DNA of 41,952 nucleotides from Candidatus Woesearchaeota archaeon (GTDB lineage: Archaea > Nanobdellota > Nanobdellia > Woesearchaeales > JACPBO01), in NCBI GenBank assembly GCA_016180285.1, contig JACPBO010000020.1, positions 1-41,952 on the forward strand, in the 5' to 3' direction. Numbering within the stretch: the stretch's first letter is position 1; each line of letters opens with the position of its first letter. Of this stretch, positions 8,007-16,426 are shown piece by piece. The notes under the pieces are model-generated. The model made no database searches. It saw only the letters and a program-made list of their open reading frames with translations, and had not been told where the DNA came from. The position numbers and the translations under genes are program-made.

Positions 8007-9154
8007 TGATCCAAAAAACAAGCTTTTATTCGTGGAAAACAGGGAATCTGGCAAAAGGATGCAGGCTTTGTGTAGATGGATCTAAATTAGTTTTATTTGC
8101 AACCGGTCTATGCCCCAGAAGCTGCTTTTACTGCCCATTGTCCGAGCAAAAAAAGAACAAGGATGTTGTTTATGCAGATGAATGGAAGATCGAAAAAGAC
8201 AAGGACATAATATCCGAAGCACAATCAATAGGCGCAAAAGGAGCTTCTCTGACAGGAGGCGACCCGTTCATGGTTTTAAACAGAAGCATAAAATACATCA
8301 GATTATTGAAAAAAGCCTTTGGGAAAAAATTTCACATCCACCTTTACACGCTTCCTGAATTATTGAATTATGAAAAATTAAAAAAATTTCATGATGCTGG
8401 ATTGGATGAGCTAAGGCTCCATCCTGATATTTTCAATAAGAAGAATTGGGCTAAGATTGACATTGTTAAAAAATTCAAATGGCAAATCGGAGTTGAAATC
8501 CCTGTTATTCCGGGCCAAAAAAAGAAAATCATTGAGCTGATTGATTATTTTGCGGATAAAATCAATTTTCTGAATCTAAACGAATTGGAAATATCAGACA
8601 CAAATGCGAATAAATTATTGAAAATGGGCTTCAGGTGCAAAGATGAAGTTTCATACGGCATAAAAGGAAGCGAAGAGCTGGCTTTTGAATTATTAAGACA
8701 TATCAATAAAAAACATCCAAAGCTGAATGTCCATTACTGCACCGCAGCATTAAAGGACAAAGTCCAATTGGCAAACCGGATAAAGAGAAGGGCAAAAAAT
8801 ACTGCAAAAGATTACGATATTATCGGTAAAGAAGGCATGCTGGCCAGGGGCGCTGTTTATTTATCAAATTTAAAGCCCGGATTCAGCTATAGAAAAAGGC
8901 TGGGAAATATTTTAAAAAATAAAAAAATAAAAAATGAGCTTATAAAAAAATTAAATGCAATAAAAAATAATCTAAAAAACGGCTTTAAAATAAAAAACAG
9001 CTTAATCGCCGTTGACAGGCAGAAATTAAGGATCCTGACTTCAATAAAAATAATCAATAAAATATCAAAAACTAAAAAAGGCCTGTGTTTTGCAATTGTC
9101 GAAGAATATCCCACATGGGATCAGACTGAGATGAGTGTTGAATTTCTGCAATAA
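8003..9154 (+). CDS. Archaeal radical SAM protein, uncharacterised
   Basis: CPRSCFYC, TGGDP, DELRLHP and NLNELE motifs, plus an N-terminal GCRLC. Confidence 0.9.
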   Translation: MMIQKTSFYSWKTGNLAKGCRLCVDGSKLVLFATGLCPRSCFYCPLSEQKKNKDVVYADEWKIEKDKDIISEAQSIGAKGASLTGGDPFMVLNRSIKYIRLLKKAFGKKFHIHLYTLPELLNYEKLKKFHDAGLDELRLHPDIFNKKNWAKIDIVKKFKWQIGVEIPVIPGQKKKIIELIDYFADKINFLNLNELEISDTNANKLLKMGFRCKDEVSYGIKGSEELAFELLRHINKKHPKLNVHYCTAALKDKVQLANRIKRRAKNTAKDYDIIGKEGMLARGAVYLSNLKPGFSYRKRLGNILKNKKIKNELIKKLNAIKNNLKNGFKIKNSLIAVDRQKLRILTSIKIINKISKTKKGLCFAIVEEYPTWDQTEMSVEFLQ

Positions 9155-9193
9155 AGCAAAAACTATTTAAATTATAAAAATAAAGAGCCAAAT

Positions 9194-9466
9194 ATGATAA
9201 TCACCATAAACACAAAAGAGGATTCTCATGAAGACATAAAAAGAGTCATAATGGTGCTGCAGCACCTTCTCGGGGATCACAGCACATTTACAAACCGGAA
9301 TATATTTGATTCTCCCTCTCCGAGCTTGGATTCTTCGCAGCCTGCAAGCGCTTTTGGGGCAATGTTCGGCAGTGAAAATACGTCATTAACAGATTCATCT
9401 TCAGCTGAAATCAAAGAAAAAAAAGACGATGAAGAAACTCCCGAGGTAATTGTTTATGACTATTGA
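9194..9466 (+). CDS. Hypothetical protein
   Basis: 90-aa ORF with TATA about 30 nt upstream and an acidic, low-complexity tail. Confidence 0.65.
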   Translation: MIITINTKEDSHEDIKRVIMVLQHLLGDHSTFTNRNIFDSPSPSLDSSQPASAFGAMFGSENTSLTDSSSAEIKEKKDDEETPEVIVYDY

Positions 9467-9881
9467 GCCAGAAGAGCCGGAGTATTTCTCGGCAAAGGAT
9501 ATTGTGAGGTCGTTTTTCGGCTCTTTATTTTTTGGGTTTGCACTCATATTCAGCAAGGCATTGATCGATCTCAGCATTACATTGGACAAGATTCACATAA
9601 TCCTTATTCTGCTTTCGACTTTTCTGATCCTTACATTTGAGATATATTTCATCGGCTACCAAAGGATAAAAAATAGGGAAAGAAGGCCTTTCTGGGAATT
9701 CTGGCTGAAAAGATTCGCAACATTCTACATAATAACAGTCTTGGTTTCACTCTATCTCGTTTATATTTATAATTTTCAGGTTTATCTTATAACATACATG
9801 GAAGTAATAAAGCTCGTAGTTGCAGTTTCATTGCCCTGCGCAACAGGAGCTGCAATAGCAGACTTGCTGAAAAAATACTAA
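9456..9881 (+). CDS. Four-TM membrane protein (DUF2391-like)
   Basis: Four hydrophobic helices ending GAAIADLL. GAGGT RBS before ATG 9456. Confidence 0.7.
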   Translation: MTIEPEEPEYFSAKDIVRSFFGSLFFGFALIFSKALIDLSITLDKIHIILILLSTFLILTFEIYFIGYQRIKNRERRPFWEFWLKRFATFYIITVLVSLYLVYIYNFQVYLITYMEVIKLVVAVSLPCATGAAIADLLKKY

Positions 9882-9913
9882 GCTTTTTATAGTCGGATTT
9901 TTTCTCTCTCTTA

Positions 9914-10324
9914 ATGGAAAAATACAAGTTTTTTGAGCACACGGCAGATGCTAAATTCCAGGCATACGGCAAAACCCTGGAAGAGGCATTCTCGAATGCA
10001 GCTTTGGCTATGTTCTCAGTAATGACTGATGTTAAAAAAATAAAGCCAAAAATAAAAAAAGAGATAAGTGTTGAAGGAATAGACCAAAAGCAGCTTCTTT
10101 ATAATTTTCTGGAAGAATTCTTGTTTTTAATGGACACGGAATTTTTGCTGTTAAGCAGCGTTGAAAAGATAAAGATCAATGCAAATAAATTAACTGCAGC
10201 AGCCTCTTTTGACAAGGCAGAAAACTATGAAACACATGGTGATGTGAAAGCAGTTACATACCAGGAAATGGAAATAAAACAGGAAAAAGATAAATTTACT
10301 GTGCAGGTTGTGGTTGACATATAA
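9914..10324 (+). CDS. Archease (RtcB cofactor)
   Basis: EHTAD N-terminal motif, VKAVTY and C-terminal VVDI. Adjacent to rtcB. Confidence 0.95.
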   Translation: MEKYKFFEHTADAKFQAYGKTLEEAFSNAALAMFSVMTDVKKIKPKIKKEISVEGIDQKQLLYNFLEEFLFLMDTEFLLLSSVEKIKINANKLTAAASFDKAENYETHGDVKAVTYQEMEIKQEKDKFTVQVVVDI

Positions 10325-10366
10325 TCGTAGCAAACTATTTAAACTGATTAAATTTACCCTTTCTTT

Positions 10367-11788
10367 ATGGAACTAAAAAAAATAAATGAGCTTACTTGGG
10401 AGATACCGAAAACAGGCAACATGAAAGTTCCTGCGATAATATACGCTTCCGAGAAGCTTATTGAGAAGATAAAGCAGGATTTAACCCTGAAACAAGCAGA
10501 GAATGTTGCAGCATTGAAAGGGATCCAGAGAGCATCATACACAATGCCGGATGCTCATCAAGGATATGGATTTCCAATCGGTGGTGTTGCTGCGTTTGAC
10601 ATGGATGAAGGAATTATAAGCCCAGGCGGAGTAGGGTATGATATAAATTGCGGCGTCAGATTATTGAGCACAGACTGGTCTGAAAAAGACATTGCTGCAA
10701 AAAGAAAAGAGCTGCTTAATGAGATCTTCAAAGAAGTCCCTGCAGGAGTTGGGAAAGCAGGAATTACAAAGCTGAGCAAAGATATTTTAATTGAGATTCT
10801 TAAAAAAGGAGCAAAATGGGCATTAGAAAATGGCTATGGGACAAAAGAAGATCTGGAAAGAACAGAAGAAAACGGAATTATGAAAGATGCTGAGCCAGGC
10901 ACAGTTTCTCAAAGAGCTTTAGAAAGGGGAATGCCGCAGTTGGGAACATTGGGAAGCGGTAATCATTTTCTGGAAATACAGAAGGTTGATCAAATCTACG
11001 ACATAGAAACTGCAAAAGATTTTGGAATAACTGAAAAAGGCCAGATAGCTGTGATGATACACTGCGGATCCAGAGGATTAGGCCATCAGGTTGCTTCTGA
11101 TTATATTAAAGAAATGGAAGAAAAGCACGGCATAAAAGATCTGCCGGACAGGGAACTGGTTAATGCCCCTATTAATTCAGAAACAGGCCAGAGGTACTAT
11201 AAAGCAATGTGCTGCGCAATAAATTACGCTTTTGCCAACAGGCAGATGATAGAGCATTGGACAAGGGATGTTTTCAGTAAAGTAATGGGCAGCTCTGATG
11301 GAATGAAGCAAGTTTATGATGTCTGCCATAACTTGGCTAAATTTGAAAGGCACAATGTTGATGGAAAGCAGAAATTAGTCTGCGTTCACAGAAAAGGCGC
11401 AACAAGATCATTTGGCCCCGGAAGAGAGGAAATTCCAGATGTTTATAGAAGCATTGGGCAGCCTGTTATTATTCCGGGCAGCATGGGAACTGCATCTTAT
11501 CTTTTGGTTGGAACGAAAAAAGCAGAAGAGATTTCCTGGGGATCAACAGCCCACGGCGCAGGAAGAGTGGCATCAAGGAGCGAAGGGTTGAGGACATTAA
11601 GGGGAGAGCAGGTTGCGCATGATCTTGAAAGGAAAGGCATAGAAGTCAAGGCAACTTCATGGAAAGGGATCGCAGAAGAAGCTCCGCAGATGTACAAGGA
11701 CATTGATGAAGTTGTCAGAGTTTCTCATGCGCTTGGGATCGGGAATATGGTTGTCAGATTGGTGCCTCTGGCAGTGATGAAGGGGTAG
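10367..11788 (+). CDS. rtcB: RtcB RNA-splicing ligase
   Basis: PDAHQGYGFPIG, GYDINCG, GSGNHFLE, HCGSRG, HRKGAT, PGSMG, HGAGR and EEAPxxYK motifs. Confidence 0.98.
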   Translation: MELKKINELTWEIPKTGNMKVPAIIYASEKLIEKIKQDLTLKQAENVAALKGIQRASYTMPDAHQGYGFPIGGVAAFDMDEGIISPGGVGYDINCGVRLLSTDWSEKDIAAKRKELLNEIFKEVPAGVGKAGITKLSKDILIEILKKGAKWALENGYGTKEDLERTEENGIMKDAEPGTVSQRALERGMPQLGTLGSGNHFLEIQKVDQIYDIETAKDFGITEKGQIAVMIHCGSRGLGHQVASDYIKEMEEKHGIKDLPDRELVNAPINSETGQRYYKAMCCAINYAFANRQMIEHWTRDVFSKVMGSSDGMKQVYDVCHNLAKFERHNVDGKQKLVCVHRKGATRSFGPGREEIPDVYRSIGQPVIIPGSMGTASYLLVGTKKAEEISWGSTAHGAGRVASRSEGLRTLRGEQVAHDLERKGIEVKATSWKGIAEEAPQMYKDIDEVVRVSHALGIGNMVVRLVPLAVMKG

Positions 11789-11954
11789 ATGGGATATAAT
11801 TAGCTTAATGGTTGTTAAAGTTAATTATTACTCGGGGCACACTCCTGATTGTGCTACACCCTTGATGTCTTATTTTATGAAATCGGAACAAATAATACAA
11901 AAATTTATATTTAAATACTCACATTCAACTACATGGGGGGTAAGGAGCTTACAA

Positions 11955-12539
11955 ATGACATTAGATTTTACCAACTTATTGCTTGGAAGCGCTTTTGGAA
12001 TATTTATTGCTTTATTAGCTTGGGGCGACCAGATAAGAAAACCTAGAAAAGAAATAATGGAACTCGAAGAAACTTTTAGAAAAGAATTCAATTTAAAAAA
12101 AAGCGTTACAAACCCTCTCATCAGGAAATCATATAATTCAATGCAAAGTTCTAATCGGTATAGCTTTCTTCAACAAACTAAATCAATGATCCAATTATTG
12201 GAAAACCCATCAATTAAAGGTGAGAATATTAAACTATTAAATCAGTTCAGGAAACTTCACGGAATTAGGCAACAGTTAGAAACTGATTACACTTTTAGAT
12301 ACATCTTTTCAATTTGGCTTTGTGTAATATTGTATTCTTTTGGTATAATCTCAATTTATACAAATGAACTTACGTTTTCGTTGTTTAACATAACTATAGA
12401 ATTTAATATAGTTCTTTTATTCATTGTGATTATCATGATTGGTGTTTTGATTCACAATTTCTTTATAGTGCATAAAGGTGAAGAATTATTTGTGAATGAA
12501 ATATATTCTACGGATGATAGAATAGAGGTAAAAGATTAA
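11955..12539 (+). CDS. Three-TM membrane protein, first gene of the QueC-type operon
   Basis: AAGGAG RBS before ATG 11955. One N-terminal and two C-terminal TM helices. TAATG overlap with the next gene. Confidence 0.75.
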   Translation: MTLDFTNLLLGSAFGIFIALLAWGDQIRKPRKEIMELEETFRKEFNLKKSVTNPLIRKSYNSMQSSNRYSFLQQTKSMIQLLENPSIKGENIKLLNQFRKLHGIRQQLETDYTFRYIFSIWLCVILYSFGIISIYTNELTFSLFNITIEFNIVLLFIVIIMIGVLIHNFFIVHKGEELFVNEIYSTDDRIEVKD

Positions 12540-12901
12540 TGGGAGGAAGAAAATCAGCTAGCGTTGATAGGGTTGTAGGTAAATCTGATACGATTAAACC
12601 TAATAAAAAAGCATTTTTTAATGCTATTGATTCTGAAAACCCAAAAAAGATAGTATCAACAGCTGTCGATTTATTATCCTCAAGCGACAGTGCGATTAGT
12701 AATCTTTCTCAAGCAACTAAACTCCTAGATTTCATTAGCGAGAATAAACTTAAAGAAACAGCACCATACCAAGATAGAAAAGAAGAAGTTTCAAAAGAAT
12801 GGGCAAAAATAAAAAAAGAGCATGACTTAAAGACATCCTCAGAAATAGACAGGATATTTATTGATTCTGCCACTAAGGTTATTAGAAGGGGTAAAAAATG
12901 A
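12539..12901 (+). CDS. Small protein with N-terminal MGG (candidate QueC-modified substrate)
   Basis: Translationally coupled on both sides. Starts MGGRKSAS, then helical. Confidence 0.75.
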   Translation: MGGRKSASVDRVVGKSDTIKPNKKAFFNAIDSENPKKIVSTAVDLLSSSDSAISNLSQATKLLDFISENKLKETAPYQDRKEEVSKEWAKIKKEHDLKTSSEIDRIFIDSATKVIRRGKK

Positions 12902-13197
12902 GCGTAGACCCCCTCCAATATGAAAAAGAGTTTTGGGCAGATGTGATATTTAAGAACCTAAATGGATTGACACGTTCAGAAGATGCAAGTCTCAAGTTTT
13001 ATGCTATGGAACTGGAAAAACAAAATGCTACTGAACAAGGATTTAGAGAATTTTCTTGGATTGCTTCCAATATATTTATTGAACTATGGGCTAAAAGAAA
13101 AAGAGAAGGTAAGAATTTAAATGAGAAAGAAATTGAGAAGCTAATAAAACAGAGTTTAAGTAATACATGGAAAGAGTATAATGAACAAAAAAATTAA
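12898..13197 (+). CDS. Small helical hypothetical protein
   Basis: ATGA overlap upstream and a 17-bp overlap with the QueC-type gene. Confidence 0.75.
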   Translation: MSVDPLQYEKEFWADVIFKNLNGLTRSEDASLKFYAMELEKQNATEQGFREFSWIASNIFIELWAKRKREGKNLNEKEIEKLIKQSLSNTWKEYNEQKN

Positions 13198-14455
13198 GGA
13201 TATTGTCTACACGATTTCTCCGAATTCAAAGATGCGTTTCTTAAATGATAAATATCTTTGGATGGAAAGAGATATTTTTATACTTGCATCAATAATTTTT
13301 AATATCGAAACTGTTTTCAGGATGAAAGAAAAAGTTAATCAGGTTAAAATATCTATTTCTGAAGAGACTGCCGAATTATGCAATTTAACAGCTCTCAAAA
13401 ATGAGATAATGGATTTGTTAAATTATGTGCTGATGTATGATGTCGAGGTTATTTTTGAAGTTAATCAAGAATATTCTAAATATAAAAGAGACAAGGATTT
13501 AGAATTTAACAAATGCAATAATGTTTGTCTATTCTCCGGGGGTATTGATAGCTTTTCAGGAATTGTTACTTGTAAAAAAGAATATAAAGATATTGAAGGA
13601 CTATTCGTAGCACATGGAGATCAACCTAGGGGAGTGAATATTGTCTCTACCCTCTACAAAAATGCATTAGAAAAATTAAAAATTCCAATCCACACTCTTT
13701 ATGCACCCCCCATGAAAAGATATGGATACTCTCAATTAAGGGGTTTTCTTTATTGTATGTATGGTGCAATCTACATGAGTTTACTCAAAGCAGATAATCT
13801 ACTTGTAACTGAATGTGGTCCAACGATGTATCAACCAAAATTCTCACCTTTTGATAGTGTAACCATGACTACTCACCCATATGTGTTAAAAAGGACTAAA
13901 AATATTATTGAATTATTTTTAAGAAGAAAAGTTCATATTATCACTCCATTTGAAAATCTAACAAAAGCAGAAGTTTTTATAAATTCACCAATAAAAAATC
14001 AATTCCAGTTTACACATTCATGTATTTCTTTAGGAACGGGAAGAAATTGTGGGCATTGTTATGGTTGCGTTGTTCGAAAAATTGGATCAATAATAGCTGA
14101 TCTTAAAGATACAGAATATGATATTAATCCTTTTACTGAGGATTACCAAAAAGGAGAAAATCTTGTCAGTTTAGCAAGGTTTTCTCATGATGTACTATTA
14201 AAATATGAGACTATGAATTTTACTTCCAAGGAGAATATTTTCATTTACAAAAAACAGAGGTTGTTTAAGAGATTTGCATTAGATACCTTTGCAGCAATTT
14301 ATATTTTGAAAGAAAAAGGATTTCAGACTAACCCTTACATCGAAAATTCATATGAAGCCGTCATTAATAAATTAGGTATAAAAAAGATAAAAGAAAGAAT
14401 TGAAAATGTAAGGTCTGGTAAATTTATTCCTAATTTTGATAAAGAAGTTAACTAG
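13181..14455 (+). CDS. Large QueC-family (7-cyano-7-deazaguanine synthase-like) PP-loop enzyme, QatC/Cap9 type
   Basis: LFSGGIDS PP-loop, QLRGFLY, TECG, TMTTHP, TPFENLTKAE and THSC...CGHCYGCVVR Zn site. 424 aa with N- and C-terminal extensions. Confidence 0.88.
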   Translation: MNKKIKDIVYTISPNSKMRFLNDKYLWMERDIFILASIIFNIETVFRMKEKVNQVKISISEETAELCNLTALKNEIMDLLNYVLMYDVEVIFEVNQEYSKYKRDKDLEFNKCNNVCLFSGGIDSFSGIVTCKKEYKDIEGLFVAHGDQPRGVNIVSTLYKNALEKLKIPIHTLYAPPMKRYGYSQLRGFLYCMYGAIYMSLLKADNLLVTECGPTMYQPKFSPFDSVTMTTHPYVLKRTKNIIELFLRRKVHIITPFENLTKAEVFINSPIKNQFQFTHSCISLGTGRNCGHCYGCVVRKIGSIIADLKDTEYDINPFTEDYQKGENLVSLARFSHDVLLKYETMNFTSKENIFIYKKQRLFKRFALDTFAAIYILKEKGFQTNPYIENSYEAVINKLGIKKIKERIENVRSGKFIPNFDKEVN

Positions 14456-14483
14456 AAAACTTAACTTTAGAGTTCATACATGT

Positions 14484-15071
14484 TTAATCTTCATGTAAAT
14501 ATTTAAAATTAGTGAATTTATCAAATAGGTCTAAGGTTTTTATAACCTTTTTTTCATAATCTGAAAAATACTTTTTATCCAATATAACCTCTTTTTTTTC
14601 TCCACCTAATAAAAAACACAATTTTGGAAGAGGAGAATCACATAATTTTAATGGTGCAGAAAATATCACTTTCCCATGAGCAAAACGATCCCTTGTTTCT
14701 ATGATTTCCTTAATTAAAGTTAAAAGTTCTTTTCTTTCATCCTCTGCAAGATTATTGATATCAAGATGTTTAATCAATTCCCTAAAAAGTTTCCATTTAT
14801 TCATCAATGTAAAAAATTCTTTCTCAAGAATAAGCTCTTTGAATATACATTTTTTATTTTTATTAACCATTGCATCCGAAATAAAACCGTCAAGTCTACG
14901 TTCAATATTTAAACAACTCCCAATAATTCTTCCCCTCATATTAGTAACTAAAGAATTTTGTATGCCAACATTCCTTAAATGGTCTGTTGTATAACCGCAC
15001 TTTGGTGTTAGTTTTATTTCTTCAGGGTTTCTTAAATTAAATCCACCATAATTCATAGTGTTAGGATTCAT
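14484..15071 (-). CDS. HEPN-domain protein (putative RNase)
   Basis: Helical with IERRL (E) and the RDRFAH Rx4H motif. TATA about 30 nt before ATG 15071. Confidence 0.7.
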   Translation of the reverse strand: MNPNTMNYGGFNLRNPEEIKLTPKCGYTTDHLRNVGIQNSLVTNMRGRIIGSCLNIERRLDGFISDAMVNKNKKCIFKELILEKEFFTLMNKWKLFRELIKHLDINNLAEDERKELLTLIKEIIETRDRFAHGKVIFSAPLKLCDSPLPKLCFLLGGEKKEVILDKKYFSDYEKKVIKTLDLFDKFTNFKYLHED

Positions 15072-15199
15072 ATAAAAGTAGATATAATATGAAATATATA
15101 AATATTTGTGAGTGTGCCCCTTGACAATTATCCTTGATGGCTCTCCAAGCTTGATTGGACTGTGTGCCCCTGCATCATAACTCTCATCAGATTTCATCG

Positions 15200-15231
15200 A
15201 ATCTTAATTATCTTCCCTTTCTCCCCGGCAT
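15200..15231 (-). repeat. Degenerate copy of the metallophosphoesterase 3' end
   Basis: 28/32 nt identical to 18686-18717; reads AGEKGKIIKI. Confidence 0.7.
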
Positions 15232-15248
15232 AAACATCAAGTAATTCA

Positions 15249-15629
15249 TCAATAGCTTTTCTTCGTCATCTCAAGGCTCTTTCTGACTTTATCATAATAT
15301 TTATGATCTCCTAAATGAAACTCAATGTAGAATGAATTCTTGACTTTCACAAATAATATCCTGTATTCAATGCCCTCAAGATTAAATGCATATCTGAATG
15401 TCATAAGTTCGCCGATTGCCCAGTCTTTATACTTCTTCTTTGAGCCAATTGTTATTGGCTGTATTTTCCTTTCAATGACACTCTTTATCCAGTTATATAT
15501 TCCCTGTGCTTTAGAGTCTGAAATAAGCATAGTTATCTGATCAAAATTATTCCCAAGAAATTCCAGCCGGTATTCCTGAGAGATTATGCTTCTGATCATA
15601 TTCTTGAATTCCTTTGGCTCAACCATCAC
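15249..15629 (-). CDS. RelE/HigB-like putative toxin
   Basis: C-terminal YRILF...FHLGDHKYYD pattern. Overlaps the upstream nucleotidyltransferase gene by 4 bp. Confidence 0.6.
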   Translation of the reverse strand: MMVEPKEFKNMIRSIISQEYRLEFLGNNFDQITMLISDSKAQGIYNWIKSVIERKIQPITIGSKKKYKDWAIGELMTFRYAFNLEGIEYRILFVKVKNSFYIEFHLGDHKYYDKVRKSLEMTKKSY

Positions 15630-16279
15630 GCAGCACCCTTTACAACATTGTGCGAAAGCTCATATAAATATTTTTGGCTTTCATAATCCAAAGAATCTTT
15701 ATAATAGCCCGCCTGCGTATAGAAATACCTTTTAATGTAGCCTTTCGTTAAGTATTTGTCTATGATCAAAGGGGCTTCTTCAGATATGTAATTTAAAATT
15801 TCCCTGAAATTTCTGAATTTTTCAATTTTCTTCATTAGCTCATAGCCATCCAGAATCTGGTTGTTTTTGAAGTATTCTGTATAAAGCACAAGAAATCGTA
15901 TGTTTTTATGGTATTTGTTCTTCTCATTCAATATAGTGGGAACTGCCTCATTCACGACATTCCAATAATCTGCAATAGTTGCCTTTAATGGCTTTTTCGG
16001 CAGTATGTTCTTTGCAATGCAGCTTTTTGAAACAGAATGGTAAAACAGCGAGTAAAGATCGTTAAAATCAATCCTTATTACATTTATTTTTTTGTTAACA
16101 GGTTTAATCTCTTTTTTTGCCCTGCTGATTACGAATAAGTCTATATCCCCGTACTTTTCTTTAAACAAAAAAGAGCCGCTGATAAAGCAGTATTTCAATG
16201 GAATGCTGTTTAGGATTTTTTGCGCTTCTTCCATTCTTCCAGCGATCATTGCTTCATCAGAGGGGTTGTAAATTATCAT
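15626..16279 (-). CDS. Nucleotidyltransferase-domain protein with a helical C-terminal domain
   Basis: FISGSFLFKEKYGDIDLFVI Pol-beta motif and a third Asp-bearing strand. Confidence 0.75.
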   Translation of the reverse strand: MIIYNPSDEAMIAGRMEEAQKILNSIPLKYCFISGSFLFKEKYGDIDLFVISRAKKEIKPVNKKINVIRIDFNDLYSLFYHSVSKSCIAKNILPKKPLKATIADYWNVVNEAVPTILNEKNKYHKNIRFLVLYTEYFKNNQILDGYELMKKIEKFRNFREILNYISEEAPLIIDKYLTKGYIKRYFYTQAGYYKDSLDYESQKYLYELSHNVVKGAA

Positions 16280-16351
16280 ATATTACTTATTTTATACTTA
16301 TTTATAAATCTTTCCATATTTTAGATTAAATATATAAAAAAAGTAATAGTC

Positions 16352-16417
16352 AGGTGACTACAAAACAGCCTGAATGTAGTCACCTAATACCAAAAGATTT
16401 AAATATGTAGTCACCTA
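16352..16417 (+). promoter_or_regulatory. Operator-like repeats around the Fic promoter
   Basis: ATGTAGTCACCTA at 16374-16386 and 16405-16417 flank TTTAAATA. Inverted AGGTGACTACA at 16352-16362. Confidence 0.7.
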
Positions 16418-16426
16418 TATTATGCC

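Larger units (their letters stand above)
11834..15120. mobile_element. AT-rich cassette bounded by 11-bp inverted repeats GGGGCACACTC
   Basis: GGGGCACACTC at 11834-11844 and its exact reverse complement at 15110-15120. A further GTGTGCCCC lies at 15162-15170. No transposase or TSD seen. Confidence 0.35.

Noticed and set aside
11808..11954. N-terminal extension of the ORF-track call 11808-12539
   Set aside because: The region holds a TATA box and an AAGGAG RBS pointing to ATG 11955.
13181..14455. Housekeeping QueC for archaeosine synthesis
   Set aside because: It is about twice the usual length, has QatC-type motifs, sits in an island, and has no queD/queE/tgt neighbours.
15072..15197. N-terminal extension of the HEPN ORF
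   Set aside because: It spans the promoter and repeat scars; TATA spacing supports a start at 15071.
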